DNA of 64,000 nt. Source: the human T2T-CHM13v2.0 reference genome, Homo sapiens. Both the position numbers and the translations under genes were made by a program. Position 1 is the stretch's first letter. Every line of letters begins with the position of its first letter. The stretch is from NCBI RefSeq assembly GCF_009914755.1, contig NC_060933.1; one strand, given 5' to 3'. Below the pieces are notes generated by a model. It worked only from the letters and a program-made list of their open reading frames with translations. It ran no database searches and had not been told where the DNA came from. Below, one piece after another: positions 1 through 19,339 of this stretch.

Positions 1-2940
<2,940 letters not shown>

Positions 2941-2953
2941 CATAGTGTCATCT

Positions 2954-3979
2954 TTACAATTTGGTATGTTTTTGCAGTGGCTGGTACTGCTTTTTTGTTT
3001 CCATATTTAGTGCTTCCTTCTGGAGCTCTTGTAAGGCAGTCCTGTTGGTGACAAAGTCTCTCAGCTCTCGCTTGTCTGTGAAGTATTTTATTTCTCCTTC
3101 GCTTATGAAGCTTAGTTTGGCTGGATATGAAATTCTGGGTTGAAAATTCCTTTCTTTAAGAATGTTGAATATTGGCCCCCACTCTCTTCTGGCTTGTAGG
3201 GTTTCTGCAGGGAGATCCACTGTTAGTCTGATGGGCTTCCCTTTGTGGGTAACCCGACCCTTCTCTCTGGCTGCCCTTAACATTTTTTTCCCTTCATTTC
3301 AGTCTTGGTGAGTCTGACAATTATGTGTCTTAGGGTTGCTCTTCTCGAGGAGTATGTTTGTGGTGTTGTCTGTATTTTCTGAATTTGAATGTTGGCCTGC
3401 CTCACTAGGTTGGGGAAGTTCTCCTGGATAATATCCTGAAGAGTATTTTCCAACTTGGTTCCATTCTCTCTGTCACTTGCATTGGTACACCAATGAAACG
3501 TAGGTTTGGTCTTTTCACATAGTCCCATATTTCTTGGAGGCTTCATTTGTTCCTTTTTTTTTTTTTTTTCCTAATCTTGTCTTTGCACTTTATTTCATAA
3601 AGTTGATTTTGAATCTCTGATATCCTTTCTTCTGCTTGATCGATTTGGCTATTGATACTTGTGTATGCTTCATGAAATTCTCATGCTGTGTTTTTGATCT
3701 CATCAGGTCTTTTATGTTCTTCTCTAAACTGGTTATTCTAGTTAGCAATTTCTCTAACCTTTTTGCAAGGCTCTTAGCTTCCTTGCATTGGGTTAGAACA
3801 TGCTCCTTTAGCTCAGAGGAGTCTGTTATTACCCACCTTCTGAAGCCTACTTCTGTCAATTCATCAAACTCATCCTCCATCCGGTTTTCTTCCCTTGCTG
3901 ATGAGGAGTTGTGATCCTTCGGAGAAGAGGCATTCTGGTTTTTGGAATTTTCAGCCTTTTTGCGCTGGTTTATCCTCAT
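2954..3979 (-). pseudogene. Disrupted L1 ORF1 of the left L1
   Basis: Three frameshifted pieces (3590-3979, 3277-3546, 2954-3283) with ENGTKLENTLQDIIQENFPNL and ARREWGPIF. Confidence 0.9.
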
Positions 3980-4924
3980 CTTTGTGGATTTATCTACCTT
4001 TGGTCTTTGATGTTGGTGACCTTCAGATGAGGTTTCTGTATGGGCATCGTTTTTATTGAAGTTGTTGCTATTCCTTTCTGTTTGTTAATTTTCCTTCTAA
4101 TAGTCAGGCCCCTCAGCTGCAGATCTGGTGGAGTTTGCTGGAGGTCCACTCCAGACACTTTTTGCCTGGGTATCATCAGCAGAGGCTGCAGAACAGCAAA
4201 GACTGCTGCCTGTTCTTTCCTCTGGAAGCTTCATTCCAGAGGGGCACCTGCCAGATGCCAGCCGGAGCTTTCCTGTATGAGGTGTCTGTCAACCCCTGCT
4301 GGGAGGTATCTCCCACTCAGGAGGTACAGGGGTCAGGGACCAACTTGAGGAGGCAGTCTGTCCCTTTGCAGAGCTCGAGTGCTATGCTGGGAGATCTACT
4401 GCTCTCTTCAGAGCTGGCCGGCAGGAATGTTTAAGTCTGCTGAAGCTGTGCCCACAGCTGCCCCTTCCCCAAGGTGCTCTGTCCCAGGGAGATGGGAGTG
4501 TTATCTATAAGCCCCTGACTGGGTCTGCTGCCTTTCTTTCAGAGATGTCCTGCCCAGAAAGGAGGAATCTAGAGATGTGGTCTGGCTATAGTGGCTTTGC
4601 AGAGCTGTGATGGGCTCCACCCAGTCCAAACTTCCTGGCAGCTTTGTTTACACTGTGAGGGGAAAACTGCCTACTCAAGCCTCAGTAATGGCAGACGCCC
4701 CTCCCTCCACCAAGCTTGAGTGTCCCAGGTTGACTTTAGAATGCAGTGCTGGCAGCGAGAATTTCAAGCCAGTAGATCTTAGCTTGCTGGGCTCCGTGGG
4801 GGTGGGATCCACTGAGCTAGAACACTTGGCTCCCTGGCTTTGGCCCCCTTTCCAGGGGAGTGAACAGTTCTGTCTTGCTGGTGTTCCAGGCGCCACTGGG
4901 GTATGAAAAATATTCCTGCAGCTA

Positions 4925-7495
<2,571 letters not shown>

Positions 7496-7557
7496 TATGA
7501 CGTTAGCTGGTTATTTTGCCCATTAGTTGATGAAGTTTCTTCCTAGCCATGATGGTC

Positions 7558-8577
7558 TTTACAATTTGGCATGTTTTTGCAGTGGCTGGTACCGGTTTTT
7601 CCTTTCCATGTTTAGTGCTTCCTTCAGGAGCTCTTGTAGGGCAGGCAGGCCTGGTGGTGACAAAATCTCTCAGCATTTGCTTGTCTGTAAAGTATTTTAG
7701 TTCTCCTTCACTTATGAAGCTCAGTTTGGCTGGATATGAAATTCTGGGTTGAAATTCTTTTCTTTAAGAATGTTGAATATTGGCCCCCACTCTCTTCTGG
7801 CTTGTAGAGTTTCTACCAAGAGATCAGCTGTTAGACTGATGGGCTTCCCTTTGTGGGTAACCCGACCTTTCTCTCTGGCTGCCCTTAACATTTTTTCCTT
7901 CATTTCAACTTTGGTGAATCTGACAATTATGTGTCTTGGAGTTGCTCTTCTCAAGGAGTATCTTTGTGGCGTTCTCTGTATTTCCTGAATTTGAATGTTG
8001 GCCTGCCTTGCTAGATTGGGGAAGTTCTCCTGGATAATATCCTGCAGACTGTTTTCCAACTTGGTTCCATTCTCTCTGTCACTTTCAGGTACACCAGTCA
8101 GACGTAGATTTGGTCTTTTCACATAGTCCCATATTTCTTGGAGGCTTTGTTTGTTTCTTTTTATTCTTTTTTCTCTAAACTTCTCTTCTCGCTTTATTTC
8201 ATTTATTTCATCTTCCATCACTGGTACCCTTTCTTCCAGTTGATCGAATCGGCTACTAAGGCTTGTGCATTCGTCACGTAGTTCTTGCGCCGTGGTTTTC
8301 AGCTCCATCAGGTCCTTTAATAACTTCTCTGCATTGGTTATTCTAGTTAGCCATTCGTTTAATTTTTTTCAATGTTTTTAACTTCTTTGCCATGGGTTCG
8401 AACTTCCTCCTTTAGCTCGGAGTAGTTTGATCCTCTGAAGCCTTCTTCTCTCAACTCGTCAAAGTCATTCTCTGTCCAGCTTTGTTCTGCTGCTGGTGAG
8501 GAGCTGCGTTCCTTTGGAGGAGGAGAGGTGCTCTCATTTTTAGAGTTTCCAGTTTTTCTGCTCTGTTTTATCCCCAT
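7558..8577 (-). pseudogene. Disrupted L1 ORF1 of the right L1
   Basis: MGIKQSRKTGNSK start (8577) and YVKRPNLRL/ARREWGPIF motifs split over frames. Confidence 0.9.
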
Positions 8578-9608
8578 CTTTGTGGTTTTATCTACCTTTG
8601 GTCTTTAATGATGGTGACATACCAATGGGGTTTTGGTGTGGATATCCTTTCTGTTTGTTAGTTTTCCTTCTAACAGTCAGGACTCTCAGCTGCAGGTCTT
8701 TTGGAGTTTGCTGGAGGTCCACTCCAGACCCTGTTTACCTGGGTATCAGCAGCGGAGGCTGCAGAACAGCAAATATTAGTGAATAGCAAGCAAGTGCTGC
8801 TGCCTGATCGTTCCTCTGGAAGTTTTGTCTCAGAGGAGTACCCGGCCGTGTGAGGTGTCAGTCTGCCCCTACATGGGTGTGCCTCCCAGTTAGGCTACTC
8901 AGGGGTCAGGGACCCACTTGAAGAGGGAGTCTGTCCATTTGCAGATCTCCAGCTGCGTGCTGGGAGAACTACTACTCTCTTCAAAGCTGTCAGACAGGGA
9001 CATTTAAGTCTGCAGAGATTTCTGCTGCCTTTTGTTTCACTCTGCCCTGCCCCCAGAGGTGGAGTCTACAGAGGCAGGCAGGCATCTTTGAGCTGCAGTG
9101 GGCTCCACCCACTTCAAGCTTCCTGGCTACTTTGTTTACCTGTCAAGCCTCGGCAATGGCGGCACCCCTCACCCAGCCTCACTGCTGCCTTGCAGTTTGA
9201 TCTCAGACTGCTGTGCTAGCAGTAAGTGAGGCTCCGTGGGCATAGGACCCTCCGAGCCATGCATGGGATATAATCTCCTGGTGTGCCGTTTGCTAAGACC
9301 CTTGGAAAAGCGCAGCATTAGGGTGGGAGTGACCTGATTTTCCAGGTGCCGTCTGTCACCCCTTTCTTTGACTAGGAGAGGGAATTCCCTGACCCCTTGC
9401 GTTTCCCCGGTGAGACGATGCCTCACCGTGCTTCAGCTTACACTCGGTGCACAGCACCCACTGTCCTGCACCCTCTGTCCTACACTCCCCAGTGAGATGA
9501 ACCCGGTACCTCAGTTGGAAATGCGGAAATCACCCGTCTTCTGTGTCGCTCACACTGGGAGCTGTAGACTGGAGCTGTTCCTATTCGGCCATCTTGGCTC
9601 CACCACTC
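8578..9608 (-). promoter_or_regulatory. L1 5'UTR with internal sense promoter, antisense promoter region and YY1 site
   Basis: YY1 motif GGCCATCTTG at 9587-9596; residual CpGs; retains the ~130-bp segment (~8706-8837) absent from L1PA2/L1HS. Confidence 0.8.
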
Positions 9609-9610
9609 CT

Positions 9611-9790
9611 CATTGAATCTTAAGATCTGTAAGGTAGGAGATACTCTTCTCAGTTTATATATAAGAAAATTGCATGTTAGAGAGGTAAATAATTTTTCTT
9701 TAATCATGTAACTACTTAGGGTAGAGTTGGGATTTGAAAGGAAACAGTTTGACTCCAGAGAATGTTCTCTTAACTACTGTGCTAAACTGC
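9611..9790 (-). mobile_element. MIR fragment (target of the L1 insertion)
   Basis: Reverse match to MIR core and 5' part (AGAGAGGTAAATAATTT...GGGATTTGAA...TGACTCCAGAG). Confidence 0.7.
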
Positions 9791-10214
9791 TTTCTATTTG
9801 TATGTACCACAGTCTTGAACCAATGCCAAGTGCAAATTAGACTGTACTTGCTTTATTACAATTTTATGTCTTGCCAAAAAAGATAATTGATTTATATTTC
9901 TGTGTTAGATGTGAAATGGTCTCAGCTGACAGTGAATTTTAACTCATCTTTACTTCATAAAAAAATAAAAGGTATGAAATAAACAAGACAATTTGGAATG
10001 CTAAGAGGGGAGTGACCAGAGAGACGGGTGAATTTGGGAGCACAGAAGACAATGTCATTCTCATCTTCCTTTACATTCACTACGAGCTGAAAAGTATATC
10101 TTAACTACTGGTTATGTGTCTTTAATCAGCCTCCTGGATGCTGTGATGGATATAAAGAACCAAAGTCTAAAATGTGAGCAGAGATGATGTTTATACCAAA
10201 AATAATTAGTTTAC

Positions 10215-10470
10215 AATTTAAGACCATATAAATCAGATGACTCATGCTGGCTTAGAATTTTCACATTGCCACTAACTAGTTATGTGATTCTGCACACATT
10301 TCTTAATTTCCCTAATCTTCAGTTTTCTCATGTGTAAAATAGCATGTGGGATATCAGTAACAGCTAGCTTTTATGACTGAGGTAAGAATAAAATAAAATT
10401 ATGCACACAAATCTTTTAACTTGAGGTCTGGTATATGGAAGGCGTGAAAGAAATTTTAAGCATTATTATT
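10215..10470 (+). mobile_element. MIR
   Basis: TGCCACTAACTAGTTATGTGA...CTTCAGTTTTCTCATGTGTAAAAT core. Confidence 0.75.
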
Positions 10471-10632
10471 ATTTTACTATCTTCAAATACTTCAATCCAT
10501 ACTCTCTGAGAGGTCAGAAATGAAAACAATCAATCAATATTGGCTTTAATATGATGAAAAGCTTCATAGAAGAGGTGTCCTTGAAAAAATGTTGATAGCT
10601 GGCATTGAAAGGAGATATTTTAGGGTCATAGA

Positions 10633-11058
10633 ATTGCATGTTCTCACTTATTTGTGAGATCTAAAAATCAAAATAATTGAACTCATGGAGATAGAGAGCA
10701 GAGGATAACTCATGGAGATAGGTTACCAGAGGCTGGGAATGGTAGTGAGAAGGTAGAGGGGAGGTGGGAATGATTAATGGGTAAAAAAAAAAGAAATAGA
10801 ATGAATAAGACTTATATTTGATAGTGCAACAGGGTGACTATAGTTAGTAAAAATTTAATTGTGAATTTTAAAATAACTAAATGAATATAATTGGATTGTT
10901 TGTAATACAAAGGATAAATACTTGAGGGGATGGATACCTAATTTTACATGAAGTAATTATTATGCATTCTATGCCTGTATCAAAACATTTCATGTATCGC
11001 ATAAATATATACACATACCTATTATGTACCTACAAAAATTAAAATAAAAAATAAAAAA
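10633..11058 (+). mobile_element. L1MA2/3-like 3' end
   Basis: GCATGTTCTCACTTATTTGTG...GGTTACCAGAGGCTGGGAA...CAACAGGGTGACTATAG, A-rich tail. Confidence 0.85.
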
Positions 11059-11768
11059 CCCCAAAAAGGTAGGAGTTAACATGATGTGGGATGATGGCAT
11101 TGGATTCTTAGCAGTGCTATTCTGAATGAGTCTTCTAGGCCATTCTTGTCTTTGTGAGAGAAGAGCCTGGGCTGTCTTTCAGCAATGTTGTGGGTTTTTT
11201 TTTCTATTTTAATTTATACAAGGGGTAAGTTAATCTATTGGTTGGAGTTAGTTGGGCTACTTATTGTTTTAGATTAGTGTGGGTCAGGATTTAATGAGGT
11301 ATTATATGTTTTGTTGCATACTGTAAATATTTCTTTCAGCCTGTTTGTACAGTTCTTTAGAACTGTTTGATTTACATATGCCTAGGTCATATATGAGAAA
11401 TGTATTTCATTAAGATATTTCAACATGTGGCAAATTAGTTGTATGAGAAATATGATGGATTTTCTTTCTATCTGTGAGGGAATTCAGTATACTAATTGTT
11501 GAGTCCATTGCTGACATGAGTTAGCCTCTTTAGTTTGTTCTTGTCTGTGTGCACTTTCAGGTTGCATATTCAATGGTAGAAGGTCTGCTGTGCACTAAGT
11601 ATGTTTACCAGATTGTATAATATATAATAAGTCCATTATCCACACACTTATGGAAATTGGTAGAGCAGCTAGTGAACCATGTCTCTTTGGTGAGTACAAA
11701 GACTTAGAATCTAGAAAAAAAAAGTTTAAAGAAAGTTGTGGCTTGAGATAGATTTGATAAAGAAATGA

Positions 11769-12131
<363 letters not shown>

Positions 12132-12705
12132 CAGATTATTTTTTAAAAGTGTATTTGGCATTAGTTTTTGAGCTTTGATTCATGATAAATTTAATACAGG
12201 TTTTTAGTGATATTGTTAAAAACATAAGATGAGAGTAAAAGGAAATCTACTTCATCCATTATAAATATTAATCTTGAAATATAACAGTGATAATTTTATA
12301 TCATTATCATAATAGTGATAGTGAAGTGACAATGAAATAAAAAATTATCATGTGATTTTTATCACATTATCATAGTGATGAAGCTCTAGCCTGAAGTTGA
12401 AGTATTATATGTATTACAAAATTGTAGGTAGTCATATATGTCATAGATGATGTATATAGATGAATGTAAAGTTTTTGTAACTTTAAAATTTTGTGAGTCT
12501 TAGTCTGTGGACATTTATCAACTTATTCAGAATGTAAAGTAAAATCCTATTCAGAAATATTGGGTAAATTCTGAGTAGGAACAAAATCTCTCAAATTCAA
12601 AGTTTATAAATATAAAAATTTTAAATATGGTAAATTGATTATTTTATTCTAGGAGGAAGAAAAATTAATTATACTGCTTTGTTTTCATTTTGCTATTGTA
12701 TTGCC

Positions 12706-12812
12706 TTTGCTACTTCTGATAAGGTTTTGAAAAAACAGGCTAATCATTTTGGAATAACTTTCAGAAATATTTGCTACTTCTGATATTTTTTTGAAAAAAT
12801 AGGCTATTTATT
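12706..12812. repeat. Diverged two-copy tandem duplication, period 64 bp
   Basis: TTTGCTACTTCTGAT...GAAAAAA(C/T)AGGCTA at 12706 and 12770. Confidence 0.8.
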
Positions 12813-13816
12813 TTGATTATTCTATGCTTAGTTTCTAGAAGTAAAACGCATTTAATTATTTTGATTAAAGTTACATTGGTTTTATCATATCACTGACATA
12901 TTTTGAAATTTGGCATCATAAATTCATCTTCTCAAGATAGAAAGTAGTAGAGCATTTATTGTGTCATTAGAAATTCTTTCTGTGAACATGTGTGTGGTTG
13001 TACTCTAGCTAAGGTCAGTCCTGGAGAATGCTACTCAATTCTATATTCTGTTTGTTGTAGTTACTACAAATGGAGAGAAAAGCCATAGCCTTGGTTTCAA
13101 TCCGCTTTTCTCTCTAAGACATTAAAATCCCTGAGAACTATCTAGTTTTAAAGAAATAGGTGATTCAGTAGTCAGTAGCACTAAAGATATCTGTCCCCAA
13201 ATCGACTTGTCTGAAACGATATGAAAAAGCAAACTCCATCTGGAGTTCAATCACACTTCCCCATATGGTTAATCACCAGCTGCTTATGAAAGGGAGTGTG
13301 GTCTAGGCTGGTAGGCCTGAAATTAGCTGTGCAGCTGCATTTTGGCTTATAGGCAAACCCTGTAACAAGATGAGAATGTATGAAGGCAAAGATAGATATG
13401 ACTCCTGTATTCCTTTTTATTCCAATGCTGAAAGTGCTGTATTAATTTTGATTTATATTAAAAAGTACCTAAACTTGTAAGAAGCAGTCTGTATTACTTT
13501 TTCAGCTCCAAATTAAAGCCAAAGATAATCAACATGTGCCTAGATGTGAGTAATATTAACACAAATCCCAGAACTTTATAACTGTCACATGAAAGTTTCT
13601 GAATTTTATTTTTGTGACTCATTTTACTCTACTATTTCTAATTACTCTAAAATATTTACTCTAATGGATTTCATTGGATCAGAATAATGGATTTTGTTTT
13701 TGTAATTTTGTTTTGTTTATAATTTACAGGCAATGTCCTAAACATTTTGAAAGCTAACTTTGAGAGTAGGAGAGTGGTAGAATTAGTCTACTGTAAAATG
13801 CTTTTGAATGCCTGCA

Positions 13817-13977
13817 GGGGTTGGGAGGTGGCTGGATGTTGAGATTACTTAATGGGTACAATGTACATTGTTTGAGTGATGGATACCCCAAAGCCCTGAC
13901 TTTACCAGTATGCAGTCTATACATGTAACAAAATTACACTTGTATCCCACAAATTAATACAAATAAAAATAAATAAA
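13817..13977 (+). mobile_element. L1PB-like 3' end
   Basis: TTACTTAATGGGTACAATGTACA...CATGTAACAAAATTACACTTGTATCCC followed by A-rich tail. Confidence 0.8.
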
Positions 13978-15192
13978 CATTATTATTAGTAATGATTTTT
14001 TAGTTGATGTCTAATTACTTGAAGATATTTAAACTTTATAGACCTTTCAAATGACAATTGCTGAAGTTATCAATAATATCTCTCTTTTGAAGTTTTAACA
14101 TTTCTTTTTGAGTGTCATCAGTAGTCTTAGCCATAAATAGAATAGGAGGCAAACCATTATTCCATTTTACCCAAGCAGAAAATTCAATTTAGTATCTGGT
14201 GTGTGTTACATACAGACTATTTGGTTAGGGATATTGGACCTCGTTTCTGTCCACTGAAGCATTATGGGAATTAATGCCTTCACACATTTGCCACTGAATT
14301 TCTTATATTACAACACTGTCGCAGATAGTTTTGGGTATCTTTCTCACCTTGAAACACTGGACCAGATCCTTTGGGGGAAATCTTTATCCAAAGTGGCCAT
14401 GGGGGCAGTGATCATTTATGTCCACTGGGACCAATAATCAAGGCCTACGTTTGCTGATTGTAATGGGGAGGTCTCCCCCGCTTTAATGGTAAGCAATTAC
14501 CTGTAAAGGAACTGACTGAGAAATGTGATGGCTTTTGAAATAAGGTTTTTCCTATAGAAATATAATTTAATGCAAAAAGTGCACATATCTTTGAGTGTAC
14601 AGCTCGATGATTTAGACACCGATGATTTTAACTGTGGCCCAGTACTAATTGATTTGTGCAGTGTGCATATGAGACCGGAGAAGAAAAGTTACAACAAAAT
14701 TTACCATAATGGAATAACATATTTTTAAAGAGGATAATGTAAGGATACATTTTGGCACAGTTTATGTAAACATAAACATGTTATTAAAATGCCATCACAT
14801 GCTTGTCACACTCATGCGTATTGTTGTTAGGTTAAAGCATTTCACCAAAGGATCATTCCTTTCAGTTGTCAATCTTCAATCATAATTTCATGTATATTTC
14901 TCTCATGGAGAAATTAAGGGTTTTTGAATAATCGGTTCTAATATTTCCATGTAAAGTACATGACAGGCTATCCACAAACTGATTTTGATGTACTTTAACA
15001 TTTTCTGGTGTGCCACAGTAATTTCAGTGGTGTAGACACCTTGATTTATTTAATGGAATTGTTTTAATAGGATTTTTAAAAATGCATTTCTAAATAATAT
15101 TCCTTAAGTGAATGTGATGGTAAGAAACTATCTGTGAGTGACCTGTCTGTCTATGGTATTACAGTGGCCCAGCCCGCTTGATATGAACACAT

Positions 15193-15425
15193 AATAATTA
15201 TATGGTTGACATTTAATGAGGTTTACTATATGCTGTGCACATGCACTAATTTAATCCTTGAAACTACCTTACATGGTAGATGCTATTGGCATCCTCCCCA
15301 TTTCACAGATGAGGAGACAGAGGTTAAGTGACTTGCCCAGTGTCACTTGGTTGGTAAGCAGTAGAGCTGAGATTTGAATCTGGGCATTCTGGATCTCCAG
15401 CCTGTACTTGATATTTATACTGTAC
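15193..15425 (-). mobile_element. MIR
   Basis: CCCCATTTCACAGATGAGGAGACAGAGGTTAAGTGACTTGCCC core. Confidence 0.85.
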
Positions 15426-18189
15426 AGGGTAATGGATGGATTGAAAATGACTCTGTCAGAGGCTATTTTAGTTTGTGAAAATCTTATAAATTTCCTAGAA
15501 CAAAGGTCATTTACTACTGAGCAGGTGATACTTCAGACATATGTGTAGACAGAAAAAAATGCACCAAAGAAAGTCTTAGCAAGATCAGGCATGAGACACA
15601 GACAGATCTTTTACAGCACTGTTGTGTCATCCTTTCCTTTGCCTTTTCCAGATGCTGCTATTACTGACCCTGATGATGAATGATTTTGTCACATATCCTT
15701 GTGAAGATTAACTAGGATTTCCCAGTAAACAAATGTGCCCAATGACATAGTTAGCTTTACACATCCAGCAGACCCAGATGCCACAAAGTTAATTTATGAG
15801 CATGCCAGGTCTAGTAAGTCTTTTCTTAACTTCTTCTCCCTTCTTTCTCTCTTTGTGACAATCACACAGAGGCCTGAAGTCAAGGTTAACATGCTGGGAA
15901 AAGAGGATTGGAGAATGAGAAGAAAGTAACTTACTGTTTCCCCTTCTCCAATGCCTGATAACAGCCCTGGCTGTGGGAAGGAAGACAATTCTATTTTAAA
16001 TTAAGTTCAGTGTATTGATCAGAATGTGGAAAGGATGCCCTAAGTTTTGAATTGAGACTGTGCTTCAGATCTAAAGTCGTTATAGAACTTTGAAAGTCAT
16101 GAGGCCTAGAGATTTTTAATCTAGGGTCAGGGAAGAAATATCTCTCACAACTGAACAAATGTTAAAGGGACACAGAAGTCAAAAATAAAGATTCACTTTT
16201 ATTATATCCCGTCCACCACGCTTGATTAACTTGTGTAGGAAGAAATCACTAGGAAAATAAATAACATCTTCGATTATGTAATTAACTAGCTAAAATATAG
16301 AGACATCAGAAGGAAAGGGAGCCCAGTAAGCTTGGAGATGCTGAGCTGCATGCAACCAGTTAAAGCTGGTGGCTTCTTTTTTAAATCCTCCACTTCTTCT
16401 GATTAGTATCTTAGATGGGAGTGAGATCATATACATGTAACCATTCAACAAATTGTAAGGTTGATAGAGATGTAAATTATGTTTTTTTTAGTATTTTGTA
16501 CATTGGATTATACCAATGGTTATCTTTATTATATTTTTCCATATATATTTGTTTTCTGATGCAGCTTTTCTTCCCTGGAAGGATTGCATTTTTACACTTA
16601 TAATTGCTGGCTTGTATTTAAGACATAACTTTTTTAAAAATAGCTTTTTTGGAAAGCTTGATGAGGTTTTCAGTTGTGGCTATTTGATAGTTTATTCATA
16701 CCACCAATGGGGAGACAAAAATCATTTTTAATCTTGTTAGAAAACTCATTAAAATAGCATCCATTTATTTTTTTGAACTGGAATTTTATATACCCAATGA
16801 CAGAAAAGTTGATCCATTTAAAACAAAGATCAGATCACAGGAGGCTGAAAAGTTTTTGAAGCTTTTGAACTGCCATAAACTTTTAAATTCAATATATAAT
16901 TTTTGATGTAATCTAAGCTCCTTTGTGAAACAAAGTGGAATAAACAAATAGATACATATATTAACTACATATAAAAAGATGGTATTTCTGTACATTTTAA
17001 ATATACAGAATTATAGTATATATTTTTTATGGGTTATATTAAAAGAATACACCGATAGACTAAAAATTTATATGCCAAATGTTTGATAGTGATTGGGTAG
17101 GGTTAGGAGGTATAGTCTGTCAATTGGGAGAGAAATTGTACTTTAGGAAATTTTCTTAAAAATAATGATTTTCTTCCTATTTTTTTGTGTGTTTTATTAA
17201 TAAAATCTTGAATAAAAAATAACAAATACTTAACAATTCATTCTACATGGTGGAATCATGAATATTTATTGTACTATTCTTTAAATTGATCTATATTGTT
17301 AAACCTCTCAAAAGAGAGTTAAATATGTTAAGACAGTATGAAAGATAGTGTATAAGCTGTGCCTTCCACTCTGGAAGAATTTATAATGCAAAAGTAAACA
17401 AGCCTGCCTGAGGTGAGACAGATGGGAGGTAAATAAAGACCAGCAAAGTATTTTACTAGACGGTATGCATTATGACATATGGACCGTGTTCTTATCATGA
17501 AACCCCAGCATATTAAACAGTGGTAGAACACAAGAGCATGTATTGTAATAGTAGAGTATTGTGAGTAGCAGCATGTATGTAGTGTAAAGTTTAATAGCAT
17601 GTTTTGGTCTGATGTGAAATCAGAGATACAAAAAGAAATACAGGCTTAGTTGATTTTCATGTGGCTTTTCAATTGTCATTGCAAGAATATAATCTGTTGT
17701 CATCAGGTTTGAGAAGTACATAAGGAACTGCGGTTCCAGATTGTAGAGACCCAGGAGTCTGTGAAAGATGAAAAGGACAGTATGATAAGGTTAGATAAAT
17801 AAGAGAACTGTAAATATACCTAACTCCCTTGAAACCTTTGCATATTCTTCCTGCCGGAACCAAAGATTTCTACTTGACCAGTCAAGGTAGAAGGAAGTGT
17901 GTTCTATTGAAAAGTCTTCTATGACCACAACTTGTACTGGAAACACCTGTGGTGATTTTTAAAAAATGAAGATTCTGACCACATTCCAAACAACCAAATC
18001 AGATGTTCTGAAGGTTTGGATAATGTATTTTAATTTCTTATTGAGAATTGTTGGGTTATGGAATAGTAATTTGATAGTAGATTCTGGCATGAAACATTAG
18101 AATGACAGAGTCTAAAAGTCCTCATTATAAAGCTATATTTCAAGAAGTATGAAACAGAAATCCTATAGAATTAAATAAAATCTGAATGA

Positions 18190-19320
18190 TTCAAGAAAAT
18201 GAGCAGGCAAGCACAGACTGGGAGAAAATTTTGCAAAAGACACATCTGATAAAGAACTGTTATCAGAAATATACAAAGGATTCTGAAAGCTTAACAATAA
18301 GAAATCAAAACCCAATTAAAAAAATGGGCTAAAGATCTGAACAGAGTCCTCACCAAAGAAGATATACAGATGGCAAATAAGCATATAAAAAGATGCTTCC
18401 CATTATCCATCATTAGGGAATTGTGAAACAAAACTGAGATACCAGGACACATGTATTAGAATGGCCAAAATATAAAACTCTCACAACAGTAAATGCTGAT
18501 GAGGATGTGTAGCAAAAAGAACTCTCTTTCATCTCTGGTGGGAATGAAAAATGGTAAGCTATTAATACTTTGGAAGATGTTTGAGCAGTTTCTTAGAAAA
18601 CTAAACATTCTCTTATCATATGATCTAGCAATTGCACTCCTTTGTATTTACTGAAAGAAGTTGAAAACTTATATCTACACAAAAACCTGCACATAGGTGT
18701 CTATTGCAACCTGATTTATAATTGCAAAAACTTGGAAGTAACCAAGATATTCTTCAGTAGATGAATAGATAAACTGTGGTACAATCAGACAAGAAATTAT
18801 TCAGTGCTTAAAAGAAATAAGTTATCAAGCCACGAGAAGACACGGAGAAACCTTAGATGCATATTCCTAAATGAAAGAAGATAATCTGGAAAAACTGCAT
18901 ACTGTGTGATTCAGCTATATGACATAATGGAAAGGCAGAACTATGAGACAGTAAAAAGATCAGTAGTTGCCAGTGGGGAGTGGGCAGAGAGGAGGATAGA
19001 GAGAGCACAGAGGATTTTTAGGACAGTGAAACTATTATTTAGGATATTATAATGGTAGATACATCTCATTATATACTTATCCAAACCCATAGAATGTACA
19101 ACACCAAAAGTAAACTCTAATGTAAACTGTGGGCTGTGGCAATAATGAGGTATTAATGTAGGTTCCTTGACTGTAAAATAAACCTACCACTGTCATGTGG
19201 GATCTTGCTAGTGGTGGAGTTTGTGTGTGGAGGGGGTGGTGTATGGAAATTCCTTGTACTTTCTGGTCAGTCTTGCTGTGAACATAAAACTTCCCTAAAA
19301 AACAAAGTCTCTGATAAAAA
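18190..19320 (+). mobile_element. L1MC1-like 3' portion
   Basis: ACAGACTGGGAGAAAAT...AAAGAAGATATACAGATGGCAAATAAGCAT...CCAAACCCATAGAATGTACAACACCAA. Confidence 0.9.
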
Positions 19321-19339
19321 CTGTAATCATTGATTGGTT

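Noticed and set aside
9156-9375. L1 ORF0
   Set aside because: ATG at 9156 is followed by a 1-nt deletion, and the ancestral frame has a TGA at ~9227.
14392-14410. CTCF-like GTGGCCATGGGGGCAGTG
   Set aside because: Spacing does not fit the CCASYAGRKGGC core.
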